Source: Bacillota bacterium (GTDB lineage: Bacteria > Bacillota > Clostridia > Christensenellales > SZUA-584). Taken from it: a stretch of DNA of 64,000 nucleotides. Below are positions 54,806-64,000 of this stretch, piece by piece. The position numbers were made by a program, and so were the translations under genes. Every line of letters starts with the position of its first letter. Within the stretch, counting starts at the first letter, position 1. The stretch lies in contig JAEWRI010000021.1 of NCBI GenBank assembly GCA_023460085.1, positions 41,904 to 105,903 on the forward strand, read 5' to 3'. The notes under the pieces are model-generated. The model saw only the letters and a program-made list of their open reading frames with translations, ran no database searches and had not been told where the DNA came from.

Positions 54806-55498
54806 ATGGACGAAAAAATATTGATTGTCGATGATGAGCCCAATATTCTGGAATTGCTGGAATACAATCTGCGCAAAGAGGGCTATTCGGTGACTCGCGC
54901 AGACTCTGGAGAAAAAGCGATTTCAGCATTGGAACAGGAGAAGCCCGCTATCGTGCTGCTGGACCAAATGCTGCCCGGCTTGGACGGGCTAGATGTGCTG
55001 AAGCGCATTCGCGCGAATGAGACCTATTCGGATATGCCCGTAATCATGGTGACCGCGAAATCCGAAGAGATTGACAAAATTGTGGGGTTGGAGCTGGGCG
55101 CGGACGATTATATCACAAAACCCTTCAGTGTGCGGGAGTTGTGTGCCCGCGTAAAAGCGCAGCTGAGGCGTGCCAAACGCCCGGACGGCGTCGAAGCCTC
55201 AGGCATACAGACCGGTGGCCTGCGCGTTGATACCGCCAGCTACAAGGCGTATATCGGCGACAGAGAATTAAAGCTGACACTGAAAGAATTCGAGCTTTTA
55301 AACCTTTTGATGGCAAACCGGGGCGTGGTGCTTACGCGTGACACCATATTGAATCGCGTATGGGGATATGAGTATTTCGGCGAAACGCGTACGGTGGACG
55401 TGCACATCACGAATCTGCGCAGGAAGATCGAGGAATACGGAGACTGCATCGAAACGGTAAGAGGCGTGGGATACCGTTTTAACGAAAAAAATGAATAG
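54806..55498 (+). CDS. OmpR/PhoB-family response regulator (PhoP-like)
   Basis: ILIVDDEPNI ... LLDQMLPGLDG receiver domain and a winged-helix C-terminus (TVRGVGYRF). Confidence 0.9.
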   Translation: MDEKILIVDDEPNILELLEYNLRKEGYSVTRADSGEKAISALEQEKPAIVLLDQMLPGLDGLDVLKRIRANETYSDMPVIMVTAKSEEIDKIVGLELGADDYITKPFSVRELCARVKAQLRRAKRPDGVEASGIQTGGLRVDTASYKAYIGDRELKLTLKEFELLNLLMANRGVVLTRDTILNRVWGYEYFGETRTVDVHITNLRRKIEEYGDCIETVRGVGYRFNEKNE

Positions 55499-57230
55499 GC
55501 TGTTCAGACGGATTGCGCGAAGGTTCAGCATACTTTTTGCTATCGTGATCATTGTCACGATCTGCGTAAGTTACTTTTACCTGAACGATGCTTATGTGAA
55601 GCATACGCAGGAATCGCTGTTAAGCGAAGCGCGCGTCATTGCGTATCTGGCAGAGGCCAGAAGCGACATCGGACAGATCTCCACGGCTATGGAAGAAAAA
55701 CAGGGCGTTCGCGTGACGGTGATAAGCAACGACGGAACGGTGCTGATGGATACTGAAGCGGACGCATCTCAGCTGGAAAGCCATCTGGGCAGGCCGGAGG
55801 TCCAGCAGGCGTTGAAAGCAGGAGAGGGTACAGATATACGCCGAAGCGATACGCTGGGAAAGGACTTAATTTATGTTGCGGTAAGCGCACCGGAAACAGG
55901 GTATGTTATTCGGCTTGCGATGCCGCTGGAAGGCATTGCGGAATACTCAATGAACCTGCTTATGCCCCTGCTTGTGATACTGTTGGTATCATTTTTACTC
56001 TGCCTTGTTATCTCGCTGTATATTTCCCGCAGCATCACGCTGCCGCTGACACGGATGAAACGCTATGCGGCAAGGATTGCGCTGGGAGAATACGACGGCA
56101 TCACACCGCTTCATACAGGTGACGAGCTGGAGGATCTTTCTGTGGCGATGAACGATATGGCGGGGGCTTTGAAACGCAGCGTAGAAGACATCACGGAAAA
56201 GAATTCCCGCCTGCAGGCAGTGTTTCGTGCGGTTCCGGGCGGCATTCTTGCCATTGACAACCACGAGATCGTTACGATGATAAACCCGGCGGCGACAGAG
56301 ATGTTCGCCATACGGGAAAAACCAGAGGGAAGGCATTTTCTGGAGGTTGTGAAACACGCCAAGCTGGAGATGGTCATTCGGGAAGCGTTGGAAAAACGGG
56401 TGCCTGTGGAACGCGAAATCAGGATGGTGAGAGGCATGGAGGAGCGCTTTCTGCAGGTATTCTCAGTTCCCGTTGTCAGCGAAGGCATTGCGTTTGGCGT
56501 TATACTGCTCGCGCAGGATATTACACGGATCCGCAAACTGGAAAATATGCGGAGCGAATTCGCCGCCAATGTTTCGCACGAGCTGAAGACACCCCTCACC
56601 GTGATCAGCGGATTTGTGGACACGCTGAAGGGCCCTGACATCACTCCGGAAGATACCACGAGGTTTCTGGACATCATCAGTCTGGAGTCCGAGAGGCTGA
56701 CGCGGCTGATTGACGATGTGCTGTCTCTCTCGGAAATTGAAAGCGCATCCGCTCCGCCTGCTGCGATTGTGGATATCCGCCAGGGGGTGCGTGAAGCGGC
56801 GGAATTGCTGCAGCGCAATGCGGAGGAGAAGGACATTGCACTCACCGTAGAACTGCCGAAGGTACGCATTCCCGTAGCGGCAGATAAGGATCGCGTCAAA
56901 CAGATGATGATAAACTTGATTGACAACGCGATAAAGTATACGCCAAAGGGAGGCCGCGTGCAGGTTTCGGTGGAGCGTGAGGAAGAGAATTGTATTCTTC
57001 GCGTCAGCGATACGGGAATCGGTATTCCGGAAGAAAATCTGCCGAGGCTGTTTGAGCGATTCTACCGGGTTGATAAAAGCCGTTCGCGCTCTCTTGGCGG
57101 TACAGGGTTGGGGCTTGCCATTGTCAAGCACATTGTCAGCTTGCTGGGCGGCCGCATAGACGTTCAAAGCAGGGTGGGGCAGGGTACGGTGTTCGCGGTT
57201 ACTGTACCGGTGGGAAAACGCGACATCTAG
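55491..57230 (+). CDS. Sensor histidine kinase (PhoR-like: TM, sensor, HAMP, PAS, HisKA, HATPase_c)
   Basis: H-box EFAANVSHELKTPLT, N-box LIDNAIKYT, G-boxes DTGIGI and GGTGLGLAIV. 8-nt overlap with the regulator gene. Confidence 0.9.
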   Translation: MNRLFRRIARRFSILFAIVIIVTICVSYFYLNDAYVKHTQESLLSEARVIAYLAEARSDIGQISTAMEEKQGVRVTVISNDGTVLMDTEADASQLESHLGRPEVQQALKAGEGTDIRRSDTLGKDLIYVAVSAPETGYVIRLAMPLEGIAEYSMNLLMPLLVILLVSFLLCLVISLYISRSITLPLTRMKRYAARIALGEYDGITPLHTGDELEDLSVAMNDMAGALKRSVEDITEKNSRLQAVFRAVPGGILAIDNHEIVTMINPAATEMFAIREKPEGRHFLEVVKHAKLEMVIREALEKRVPVEREIRMVRGMEERFLQVFSVPVVSEGIAFGVILLAQDITRIRKLENMRSEFAANVSHELKTPLTVISGFVDTLKGPDITPEDTTRFLDIISLESERLTRLIDDVLSLSEIESASAPPAAIVDIRQGVREAAELLQRNAEEKDIALTVELPKVRIPVAADKDRVKQMMINLIDNAIKYTPKGGRVQVSVEREEENCILRVSDTGIGIPEENLPRLFERFYRVDKSRSRSLGGTGLGLAIVKHIVSLLGGRIDVQSRVGQGTVFAVTVPVGKRDI

Positions 57231-57250
57231 AAGAAATGTTGGCTGGGTAC

Positions 57251-57279
57251 TTGCGCTTTGCCGCATGATATGGTAGTAT
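57251..57279 (+). promoter_or_regulatory. Candidate sigma-A promoter upstream of rimP-nusA-infB
   Basis: TTGCGC, a 17-nt spacer, then TAGTAT with TGG immediately upstream (extended -10-like). Confidence 0.45.
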
Positions 57280-57304
57280 CTCTTTAAGGTATGCGAGTTG
57301 TTGC

Positions 57305-57331
57305 GAGAGTGGGTCAGTTCCCACTCTTTTC
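57305..57331 (+). terminator. Intrinsic terminator-like hairpin (kinase-operon terminator and/or rimP-nusA leader attenuator)
   Basis: GAGTGGG-TCAGTT-CCCACTC followed by TTTTCAATT. Confidence 0.65.
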
Positions 57332-57429
57332 AATTGTAAAGTCCCCCAAAAGGCGAAGAATTTGAAAATGCGGCTGCGTATACGGTTGAACTAAGAAGAG
57401 ACTGGCAGGTGTAGGATATCTCCAAAAAG

Positions 57430-57876
57430 GTGGAACAGGCGGTGGAAGCCGCGGTGTTGCCCGTCATAGAGGGCAGCGGTTACGAATACGTGGGAACTGA
57501 AGTCAAAAAGACTTCGGATGCAGTGGAACTGATCGTATATATCGACAGTCCGAACGGCATCGGGCTGGATGATTGCGAGAAAATCAGCCGGCTTATTGAT
57601 CCCATCATTGAGGAAAAAGACCCTATAGAAGGGCCGTATTACCTTTGCGTATCGTCGCCGGGAATAGACAGGCCGTTGAAATCTCCCCGGGATTTTGCGC
57701 GCAGCATTGGTAAAAAGGTGGATATCCGGCTCTTTGCCGCCGTAGACAAAAAGAAGGAATTCACCGGCACACTCGTTTCGTATGACGGGGAAGGCTTTGC
57801 GGCAGAGATTACGGGTCAGGAACGTAAGTTTCTGTACGAAGACACAGCCATCGTTCGACTCCACGTGGATTTTTGA
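57430..57876 (+). CDS. rimP: Ribosome maturation factor RimP
   Basis: 148 aa. Pattern VLPVIEGSGYEYVGTEV ... LCVSSPGIDRPLK. Lies upstream of nusA. Confidence 0.85.
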   Translation: MEQAVEAAVLPVIEGSGYEYVGTEVKKTSDAVELIVYIDSPNGIGLDDCEKISRLIDPIIEEKDPIEGPYYLCVSSPGIDRPLKSPRDFARSIGKKVDIRLFAAVDKKKEFTGTLVSYDGEGFAAEITGQERKFLYEDTAIVRLHVDF

Positions 57877-57889
57877 GGGAGGATGCAGT

Positions 57890-59023
57890 ATGAACACTGA
57901 ATTTATCAGCGCGCTTACGGCGCTCGAAAAGGAAAAGGGAATCGACAAGCACGTGCTCATAGAGGCGATTGAAAGTGCATTGGTTTCCGCATATAAAAAG
58001 AATTATGGCGCAACGCAGGATGTGCGCGTCGAAGTGGATCCCTCCAGCGGCGCTTTTCGTGTTTTCGCGAAAAAGACGGTAGTGGAAGAAGTGATGGACG
58101 ACGGCATTGAGATATCCGTTAACGATGCGCACAAAATCAATGTAGCCTACGAGCCGGGAGATATGCTGGAAATTGAAGTAACGCCCGGTACCTTCGGGCG
58201 TATAGCGGCGCAGACGGCCAAGCAGGTAGTCGTACACCGGCTGCGCGAAGCCGAACGCGGCGTCGTATTTGATAAATTCATTGAGCGTGAAGGCGAAATC
58301 ATGAACGCCGTGATCCACCGCGTAGACAAGGGCAGTGTACTGCTGGAACTGGATGGAGCGGAAGGGATTATGCCGGCGTCGGAATGTATGCCGGGTGAGC
58401 GCTACGCCATCAATGATCATATTCGCGTATATGTGATGGAGGTCCGCAAGACCACAAAGGGTCCGCAGATCGTGGTATCACGCACGCATCCGGGGCTTTT
58501 AAAGCGCCTCTTCGAAATTGAGGTTCCGGAAATCATGCAGAATATCGTGCACATTCGGAGTATCGCGCGCGAGGCGGGGTCGCGCACTAAAATCGCGGTG
58601 AGCTCGGATGATGAGAACGTCGATCCGGTGGGTTCCTGCGTCGGCCAGAAAGGCAGCCGCATCGACCGAATCGTATCTGAAATTGGAAACGAGAAGATAG
58701 ACGTCATTCCCTGGAGCTCGGATCCCATTGAATTCATCGCAAACTCGCTGCGCCCGGCCAAGGTGCTGATGGTGCAGATAAACGAGGATGAAAAAGCCGC
58801 CAAAGTGGTTGTTCCGGACTATCAGCTGTCGCTGGCTATTGGCCGCGAAGGGCAGAACGCGCGGCTCGCTGCGAAGCTGACCGGCTGGAAGATTGACATC
58901 AAGAGCCAGACTCAGATTGAGCAGGTGCTCTTTGGAGAGCAGTCTGAGCAGACGGAAGAAGACAACCGACCTGCGGGTGAAAGCTATTACGACGACTTTG
59001 AAATAGACGATACGGAAGAATAG
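57890..59023 (+). CDS. nusA: Transcription termination/antitermination factor NusA
   Basis: ATG 57890 follows GAGGGAGGA. EFISALTALEKEKGIDKHVLIEAIESAL N-terminus, then S1 and two KH domains (GSRIDRIVSEIGNEKIDVI, LAIGREGQNARLAAKLTGWKIDI). Confidence 0.95.
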   Translation: MNTEFISALTALEKEKGIDKHVLIEAIESALVSAYKKNYGATQDVRVEVDPSSGAFRVFAKKTVVEEVMDDGIEISVNDAHKINVAYEPGDMLEIEVTPGTFGRIAAQTAKQVVVHRLREAERGVVFDKFIEREGEIMNAVIHRVDKGSVLLELDGAEGIMPASECMPGERYAINDHIRVYVMEVRKTTKGPQIVVSRTHPGLLKRLFEIEVPEIMQNIVHIRSIAREAGSRTKIAVSSDDENVDPVGSCVGQKGSRIDRIVSEIGNEKIDVIPWSSDPIEFIANSLRPAKVLMVQINEDEKAAKVVVPDYQLSLAIGREGQNARLAAKLTGWKIDIKSQTQIEQVLFGEQSEQTEEDNRPAGESYYDDFEIDDTEE

Positions 59024-59034
59024 GCGGGTAACGG

Positions 59035-59307
59035 TTGAAGACTAAAAAGGTGCCTGTTCGCATGTGTATCGCGTGCAGAGAGGGCAGAACAAAAAAGGAA
59101 TTGGTGAGAGTCGTTGCTACGGATCAAGGGCTGATGCCGGATGAGACCGGCAAGGCTCATGGCCGCGGAGCATATCTGTGTCCGGACGTAGCGTGTCTGG
59201 ATAGGGCGCAGAAAACCAAAGCCTTTGAAAGGACGCTGGAAATGGGGCTGAATGAAGCTTCATACAATGCAATTAAAAGGGTGATATTACGGCGTGGGCT
59301 CAAATAG
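59035..59307 (+). CDS. ylxR: YlxR/RnpM (DUF448) RNA-binding protein
   Basis: 90 aa. VPVRMCIACREGRTKKELVRV ... GRGAYLC is the family signature. Confidence 0.85.
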   Translation: MKTKKVPVRMCIACREGRTKKELVRVVATDQGLMPDETGKAHGRGAYLCPDVACLDRAQKTKAFERTLEMGLNEASYNAIKRVILRRGLK

Positions 59308-59308
59308 C

Positions 59309-59614
59309 ATGGCGTATGTGGGTCTGGCGTTTCGCGCCGGGCGGGCGCTTGCAGGGACTGCGGCGTGTGAAAAAGGGGTTAAAAGCAGAGATGTCTATCT
59401 GTTGCTGATGCAGCGGGAGCTCTCGGAAGGGACAAAAGAAAAGTTTTTGCGGATTTGTGAGCGGAATGGAACGATGGTACGGACGGTGGAAGAGCCGGGA
59501 GCTGTGGGGCGCGCGATAGGAAGGCCGGAGGTTATGCTTGTCGGCCTGACTGACAAGGGTCTGGCGGAAGCAGCCAGAGGGATTATTGATGGTGTCAAGG
59601 GGAGAATTGAATGA
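59309..59614 (+). CDS. ylxQ: L7Ae/L30e-family RNA-binding protein (YlxQ-like)
   Basis: About 100 aa. [21 protein letters not shown] pattern. Conserved position between ylxR and infB. A GTG at 59294 is also possible. Confidence 0.7.
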   Translation: MAYVGLAFRAGRALAGTAACEKGVKSRDVYLLLMQRELSEGTKEKFLRICERNGTMVRTVEEPGAVGRAIGRPEVMLVGLTDKGLAEAARGIIDGVKGRIE

Positions 59615-62600
59615 GTAAACTGAAGATTATCGATTTGAATAAGCAGCTGCTGCAGCACTCTACCGAGACAGTAGGCCGCATGGAGGGGCTGCAGAACAGC
59701 GTACAGAACCATCTAGCCACGCTCAAACGCATTGAGGCAGAGCTGATTAAGATTGCGCGCGCGGAAGCCGAGGAAAATCGGGTGCGCGCACAACAGGAAG
59801 CGGAGCAGCAAGCAAAGGCAGAAGTGCAGCGCGCAGAGGAAGAGGCGTCCAGAGCCGCTGCTGCTGCGGCAAAAGCCGAAGCTGATAAGCGGGCGGCGGA
59901 AGAAGCGAGAAAGAAAGCGGAGACAGCGAAGACGGAAGCCGCGGCCGTGCGGCAGGAGCCGAAGGCACAGGAAATCAATGCTCCGGCAACCAACAAACCG
60001 GAAGCGCCGCAGCCGCCCAAAGCGGAGACCACAGCACCCGCAGAGAAAAAGGCGGAACCCAATACCGTAAAGCCTGAGGTTCGAACAGCCGAACCGGCAG
60101 TTGGCGCGCAGGAGCCTCGGGACACGCAAACTCAGGGGCAACAGCGCGACTATCCGCGTCCGGAGGGTCAAGGACAGCAACGCGATTTCCAGCGCCCGCA
60201 GGGACAGCAGCGTGACTATCCGCGTCCGGAGGGTCAAGGACAGCAGCGCGATTTCCAGCGCCCGCAGGGGCAGGGACAACAGCGCGATTTCCAGCGTCCG
60301 GAGGGTCAAGGACAGCAGCGTGACTACCAGCGCCCGCAGGGACAGGGACAGCAGCGCGATTTCCAGCGCCCGCAGGGACAGGGACAGCAGCGCGATTTCC
60401 AGCGCCCGCTGGGACAGGGACAGCAGCGCGATTTCCAGCGTCCGCAGGGACAGGGACAGCAGCGCGATTTCCAGCGTCCGCAGGGTCAGGGACAGCAGCG
60501 TGATTTCCAGCGTCCGATGGGACAGGGACAGCAGCGTGATTTCCAGCGTCCGATGGGCCAGGGACAGCAGCGTGATTTCCAGCGTCCGATGGGTCAGGGA
60601 CAAGGCACGGGAAGGCCTTTTCAAAGAGATTTTGGTCCGAGACCGGCAGGACAGGGCGGTCCGGTAAGGCCGGGTCAGCGGCCTCCAATGGGCGCGCGGC
60701 GTCCAACAACGGGGGAAACATCTACGCCTGAGTTTGTGCCAGTGGAAAAGCGCGGGCCGCAGACCAAGAAACATCCGACGACGAATACTTACGCCAAGGA
60801 TGACAAGAATAAGAAATCAAAGAAGACGTTACTGAAAGAGCAGGGCGCTTTCGACCGTGATGACGATAGATACAGGAGCGCGCGCAAGCGTTCCAAGTTT
60901 AAACCCATACCATTAATGGCGCCAATCGTCGTAGACAGGATTATAATGACAACCGAAACCATATCTGTGAAATCGCTCGCTGAGAAGACGGGCAAGCCGG
61001 TAGCCGATCTGTTAAAGAAACTGCTGCTTCTGGGAATGATGTGCACCATCAACTCGGAACTCGACTATGATACTGCGCAGCTTATCTGCTCGGAATTCGG
61101 GATTGCGGTGGAATACAAGCTCGACAAAACCGCCGAAGATGTATTGGGTGAAGGCGACATTGTAGATACCGAGGAAAATCTGGTGTCACGTCCCCCGATT
61201 GTGACGATTATGGGCCATGTCGATCACGGCAAGACTTCGTTGCTGGACGCTATCCGCTCTACGCGCGTAACGGAGCACGAGGCCGGCGGTATCACGCAGC
61301 ATATTGGTGCTTATACGATTACGCACAAGGATCAGAGCATCACCTTCCTCGATACGCCGGGACACGAGGCGTTTACGGCAATGCGTGCCAGAGGCGCGCA
61401 GGTGACGGACATCGCTATACTCGTGGTCGCCGCAGACGATGGCGTGATGCCGCAGACGGTAGAGGCCATTAACCATGCCAAAGCCGCGAATGTGCCCATC
61501 ATCGTCGCGATCAATAAGATGGATAAACCTAACGCAAACCCGGAGCGCGTCAAACAGGGTCTCACCGAGTACGGGCTTGTCGCAGAGGAATGGGGCGGCG
61601 ACGCCGTTATCGTACCCGTATCGGCAGTTACCAAAGAAGGCATCGAGCACCTTCTGGAGATGATATTGCTCGTATCGGAGGTGCAGGAGCTAAAGGCCAA
61701 TCCGAATCGACTTGCAAAGGGTACCATCGTCGAAGCGAAGCTCGACAAGGGCCGCGGCCCCGTAGCTACGGTGCTAGTGCAAAACGGTACGCTGCATGTT
61801 TCCGATATGATCGTCGCGGGTACGGCCTATGGCCGCGTACGCGCGATGCTGGACGATTTGGGCAACCGTGTGGATGAAGCGCTTCCTTCACAACCGGTGG
61901 AAGTGGTTGGCTTCTCCGAGGTGCCTGTCGCGGGCGATATACTCTTCGCGGTAGAGCAGGATAAGCTGACTCGTCAGGTTGCCGAAGAGCGCAAGGATAA
62001 GCAGAAAGCCGACATGCTCAAGAACCTCTCCAAGATGTCGCTGGACGATCTGTTCAGTCAGGTCGAAGAAGGCAAGGTGCAGGATCTCAATATTGTTATC
62101 AAAGCGGATGTACAGGGCTCCGTTGAAGCGGTGCGGCAAGCGCTCGAAAAGCTCAGTAACAAGGATGTTCGCGTAAAGGTGATACACGCGGGAGTAGGGG
62201 CCATCAAGGCCATGGACGTCATGCTGGCGTCGGCGTCCAATGCCATCATCATTGGTTTCAACGTCCGGCCTGATGCCGCAGCGCGCGCCGAAGCGGAAAA
62301 AGAAAAAGTGGAACTGCGGCTCTACCGCGTGATTTACAAAGCGATAGAGGATATCCAGCTTGCCATGAAGGGCATGCTCGCACCCGAGTTCAAGGAAGTC
62401 GTGCTGGGCCGTGCCGAGGTGCGCACCACCTTCAGCGTGTCAAGCATTGGTACCATCGCGGGCAGCTATGTCACCGAAGGCAAGATTGTCAAAACTGCGT
62501 CTGTGCGCCTGCTGCGCGACAACGTGGTGGTACACGAGGGAAGTATCGCCTCGCTAAAGCGCTTTAAGGATGACGCCAAGGAAGTTAACCAAGGATACGA

Positions 62601-62685
62601 ATGCGGCATTACGATTAAGAACTTCAATGACATCAAGGAAGGCGATGTAATCGAAGCGTTCGAGATGCAGGAGATTGAAAGATAG
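59611..62685 (+). CDS. infB: Translation initiation factor IF-2 with extended repeat-containing N-terminal region
   Basis: G-domain motifs [20 protein letters not shown] and NKMD, with a C-terminal IF-2 fold. 1024 aa because of a long Lys/Glu/Ala-rich and repeat-rich N-terminus. Confidence 0.97.
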   Translation: MSKLKIIDLNKQLLQHSTETVGRMEGLQNSVQNHLATLKRIEAELIKIARAEAEENRVRAQQEAEQQAKAEVQRAEEEASRAAAAAAKAEADKRAAEEARKKAETAKTEAAAVRQEPKAQEINAPATNKPEAPQPPKAETTAPAEKKAEPNTVKPEVRTAEPAVGAQEPRDTQTQGQQRDYPRPEGQGQQRDFQRPQGQQRDYPRPEGQGQQRDFQRPQGQGQQRDFQRPEGQGQQRDYQRPQGQGQQRDFQRPQGQGQQRDFQRPLGQGQQRDFQRPQGQGQQRDFQRPQGQGQQRDFQRPMGQGQQRDFQRPMGQGQQRDFQRPMGQGQGTGRPFQRDFGPRPAGQGGPVRPGQRPPMGARRPTTGETSTPEFVPVEKRGPQTKKHPTTNTYAKDDKNKKSKKTLLKEQGAFDRDDDRYRSARKRSKFKPIPLMAPIVVDRIIMTTETISVKSLAEKTGKPVADLLKKLLLLGMMCTINSELDYDTAQLICSEFGIAVEYKLDKTAEDVLGEGDIVDTEENLVSRPPIVTIMGHVDHGKTSLLDAIRSTRVTEHEAGGITQHIGAYTITHKDQSITFLDTPGHEAFTAMRARGAQVTDIAILVVAADDGVMPQTVEAINHAKAANVPIIVAINKMDKPNANPERVKQGLTEYGLVAEEWGGDAVIVPVSAVTKEGIEHLLEMILLVSEVQELKANPNRLAKGTIVEAKLDKGRGPVATVLVQNGTLHVSDMIVAGTAYGRVRAMLDDLGNRVDEALPSQPVEVVGFSEVPVAGDILFAVEQDKLTRQVAEERKDKQKADMLKNLSKMSLDDLFSQVEEGKVQDLNIVIKADVQGSVEAVRQALEKLSNKDVRVKVIHAGVGAIKAMDVMLASASNAIIIGFNVRPDAAARAEAEKEKVELRLYRVIYKAIEDIQLAMKGMLAPEFKEVVLGRAEVRTTFSVSSIGTIAGSYVTEGKIVKTASVRLLRDNVVVHEGSIASLKRFKDDAKEVNQGYECGITIKNFNDIKEGDVIEAFEMQEIER
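60136..60591 (+). repeat. In-frame tandem repeat, 13 units of 36 bp (two units of 30 bp), encoding [11 protein letters not shown](Q/E/L/M)
   Basis: Direct reading: the near-identical unit CAGGGACAGGGACAGCAGCGCGATTTCCAGCGYCCG is repeated head-to-tail. The total of 456 nt equals 152 codons. Confidence 0.95.
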
Positions 62686-63023
62686 TGGCCAAGGACAGGT
62701 TAGCCGCGATCAGCTCGGAATTCAAGCGGGTTTTAAGCGATATCATTCGCAATGACATCAAGGACCCGCGCGTTTCGGCAATGGCGAGCGTGACGCATGT
62801 AGAGCTGACAAAGGATTTGAAATTCGCAAAAGCGTACATCAGCGTATTCGATACGGACAAATTAAAAAAATCCACCATCGAAACGCTGACGCACGCGGAG
62901 CATTACATCAAGAACGAGATTGGCGCGCGCCTGCGTATTCGGCGGCTGCCAGAAATCACGTTCCTGCTCGATACCTCCATCGAATACAGCAGCAAGATTT
63001 CTGAGCTGCTGAAAAACGTATAG
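62685..63023 (+). CDS. rbfA: Ribosome-binding factor A
   Basis: 112 aa. DPRVS.MASVTHVELTKDLKFAKAYISV and RRLPEITF motifs. GTG start overlaps the infB stop by 1 nt. Confidence 0.9.
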   Translation: MAKDRLAAISSEFKRVLSDIIRNDIKDPRVSAMASVTHVELTKDLKFAKAYISVFDTDKLKKSTIETLTHAEHYIKNEIGARLRIRRLPEITFLLDTSIEYSSKISELLKNV

Positions 63024-63026
63024 CAT

Positions 63027-63980
63027 ATGGATGTCAGCCTGAAAGACGTCGCAGGGGCGCTGAAGAATGCGGACAGGATACTGCTGATTGCGCATATACA
63101 ACCGGACGGGGATACTCTCGGTTCTTGTTTTGCGCTGCAGCGGGTTCTTTGGAAGATGGGCAAGCATGCCGAGGTTGGGTGCGACGGAGAAATGCCTCAG
63201 CGCTATGCGGAACTTTTCGAAGGCTGCAGACTGCTTCAGCCGCATGAAACGGGAGATGAATATTCGCTTATCGCCGCGGTGGACTGTGCCGATAAGAACC
63301 GCCTCGGTAAGCTGTATAAGCCTTTTAAAAAAGCGGGACATACGCTGAGCATAGACCATCATTTCACGAACGAGGGTTACGCTGAGCTTAATTACATTGC
63401 GGATGCTTCTTCAGTAGGCGAAATTGTATTTGAACTCGCACAGCTTCTGGGCGTAAAGCACGATGATGCTTCCGCGAAATACCTTTATATTGCGATATCT
63501 ACCGATACAGGGAACTTCACGTATTCCAATACAGGCCGGAAGAGCATGGCTTATGTATCGGAACTCGTGGAGCTTTTTGATCTTCGGGACACCGCGGATG
63601 TGCTTTTTCGCAGGCGCTCTCTGGTGGCAACAAAGCTGATTGCGCGTGCGCTGTCGAGACTTGAACTGTTTTGCGGCGGTGAGATTGCCGCGTTGACGCT
63701 GCTGCAGTCGGATTTAGACGAGATCGGCGCGACGGGCGCGGATTGCGAGAATATCGTAGACTTTGCGCGGGAAATTGAAGAAACTAAGGTCGCCGTATTC
63801 TTCCGGCAGTTGGATACGGGAGTAAAGGTAAGCATGCGCTCCAAAGGGAAATACGACGTGGGCGCTGTCGCCGCGCAGTTTGGCGGAGGCGGACATGTAA
63901 GCGCCTCAGGATGTTGTCCCGGAGGTACGCTGGAAGAGGTTAGGGGTGCCATACTCTCCCGGCTGGAGGAACTCTTCTGA
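63027..63980 (+). CDS. nrnA: DHH/DHHA1 phosphoesterase (NrnA-type oligoribonuclease/pAp phosphatase)
   Basis: Motifs HIQPDGDTLGS, VDCAD, SIDHH and GGGGH. Conserved position after rbfA. Confidence 0.85.
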   Translation: MDVSLKDVAGALKNADRILLIAHIQPDGDTLGSCFALQRVLWKMGKHAEVGCDGEMPQRYAELFEGCRLLQPHETGDEYSLIAAVDCADKNRLGKLYKPFKKAGHTLSIDHHFTNEGYAELNYIADASSVGEIVFELAQLLGVKHDDASAKYLYIAISTDTGNFTYSNTGRKSMAYVSELVELFDLRDTADVLFRRRSLVATKLIARALSRLELFCGGEIAALTLLQSDLDEIGATGADCENIVDFAREIEETKVAVFFRQLDTGVKVSMRSKGKYDVGAVAAQFGGGGHVSASGCCPGGTLEEVRGAILSRLEELF

Positions 63981-64000
63981 TGAATGGTATAATCAATTTT
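63980..64000 (+). CDS. truB: tRNA pseudouridine-55 synthase TruB, first 7 codons only
   Basis: ATG overlaps the nrnA stop. MNGIINF matches the usual TruB start (M-GI-N). Called from synteny after rbfA-nrnA; the gene is truncated by the window end. Confidence 0.45.

Noticed and set aside
60136-60591. Possible CRISPR array because of regularly spaced repeats.
   Set aside because: The units are contiguous, with no unique spacers. The period is 36 bp in frame within infB, and no cas genes are present in the window.
59713-60774. Long ORFs overlapping the infB repeat: minus strand 59713-60774 (353 aa) and 59975-60721 (248 aa), plus strand alternate frame 60101-60667 (188 aa).
   Set aside because: They are low-complexity read-throughs of the 36-bp repeat in other frames ([11 protein letters not shown]..., [11 protein letters not shown]..., [12 protein letters not shown]...). 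They lie entirely inside a gene with unmistakable IF-2 motifs and have no independent start-site signals.

Overview
This is a 64-kb, visibly GC-rich chromosomal segment from an endospore-forming Firmicute (Clostridia-like). I call 69 protein genes and one tRNA. Only three features lie on the minus strand: the LacI regulator, tRNA-Pro and a DUF3298 gene. All calls rest on motif and synteny recognition by eye; no homology search was run.

Gene blocks, left to right:
1. blaI/blaR1-like sensor pair, a CwlD-like amidase, and a six-gene composite ABC module (two ABC-2 permeases, a canonical ATPase, a motif-degenerate ATPase, a CARDB-type wall protein, a FtsX/MacB permease).
2. A LacI-controlled carbohydrate island at 9.6-22.7 kb. 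It encodes an amidohydrolase, an RbsBAC-like importer, a cupin, an SDR, TPP-dependent E1 alpha/beta, a xylose-isomerase-like TIM barrel, a split transketolase, an orphan lipoyl-domain protein and a transaldolase. No kinase, E2 or E3 gene is present in the window.
3. A YesM/YesN-type two-component system, a sugar ABC importer, a GH78 alpha-L-rhamnosidase and two URO-D-like genes.
4. A lone tRNA-Pro(GGG).
5. A second CARDB wall protein, a DUF3298 protein, a split NHEJ set (Ku, ligase, primase-polymerase) and a peptidoglycan-binding protein.
6. The spoIIIAA-AH operon, with an unusually short spoIIIAF.
7. asp23-amaP-DUF2273, then nusB, a TsaD-like paralog, folD, xseA, xseB and ispA.
8. sigG, ylmC, nrdR, pgeF and a PhoP/PhoR-like pair.
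9. rimP-nusA-ylxR-ylxQ-infB-rbfA-nrnA-truB, with a 13-copy in-frame tandem repeat in infB.

No CRISPR array, transposase, integrase or prophage genes were seen. The most unusual loci are the E1/lipoyl/TK/TAL sugar island with its shared ACAACGTTAAAC operator, and the composite ABC module with a catalytically degenerate nucleotide-binding domain.
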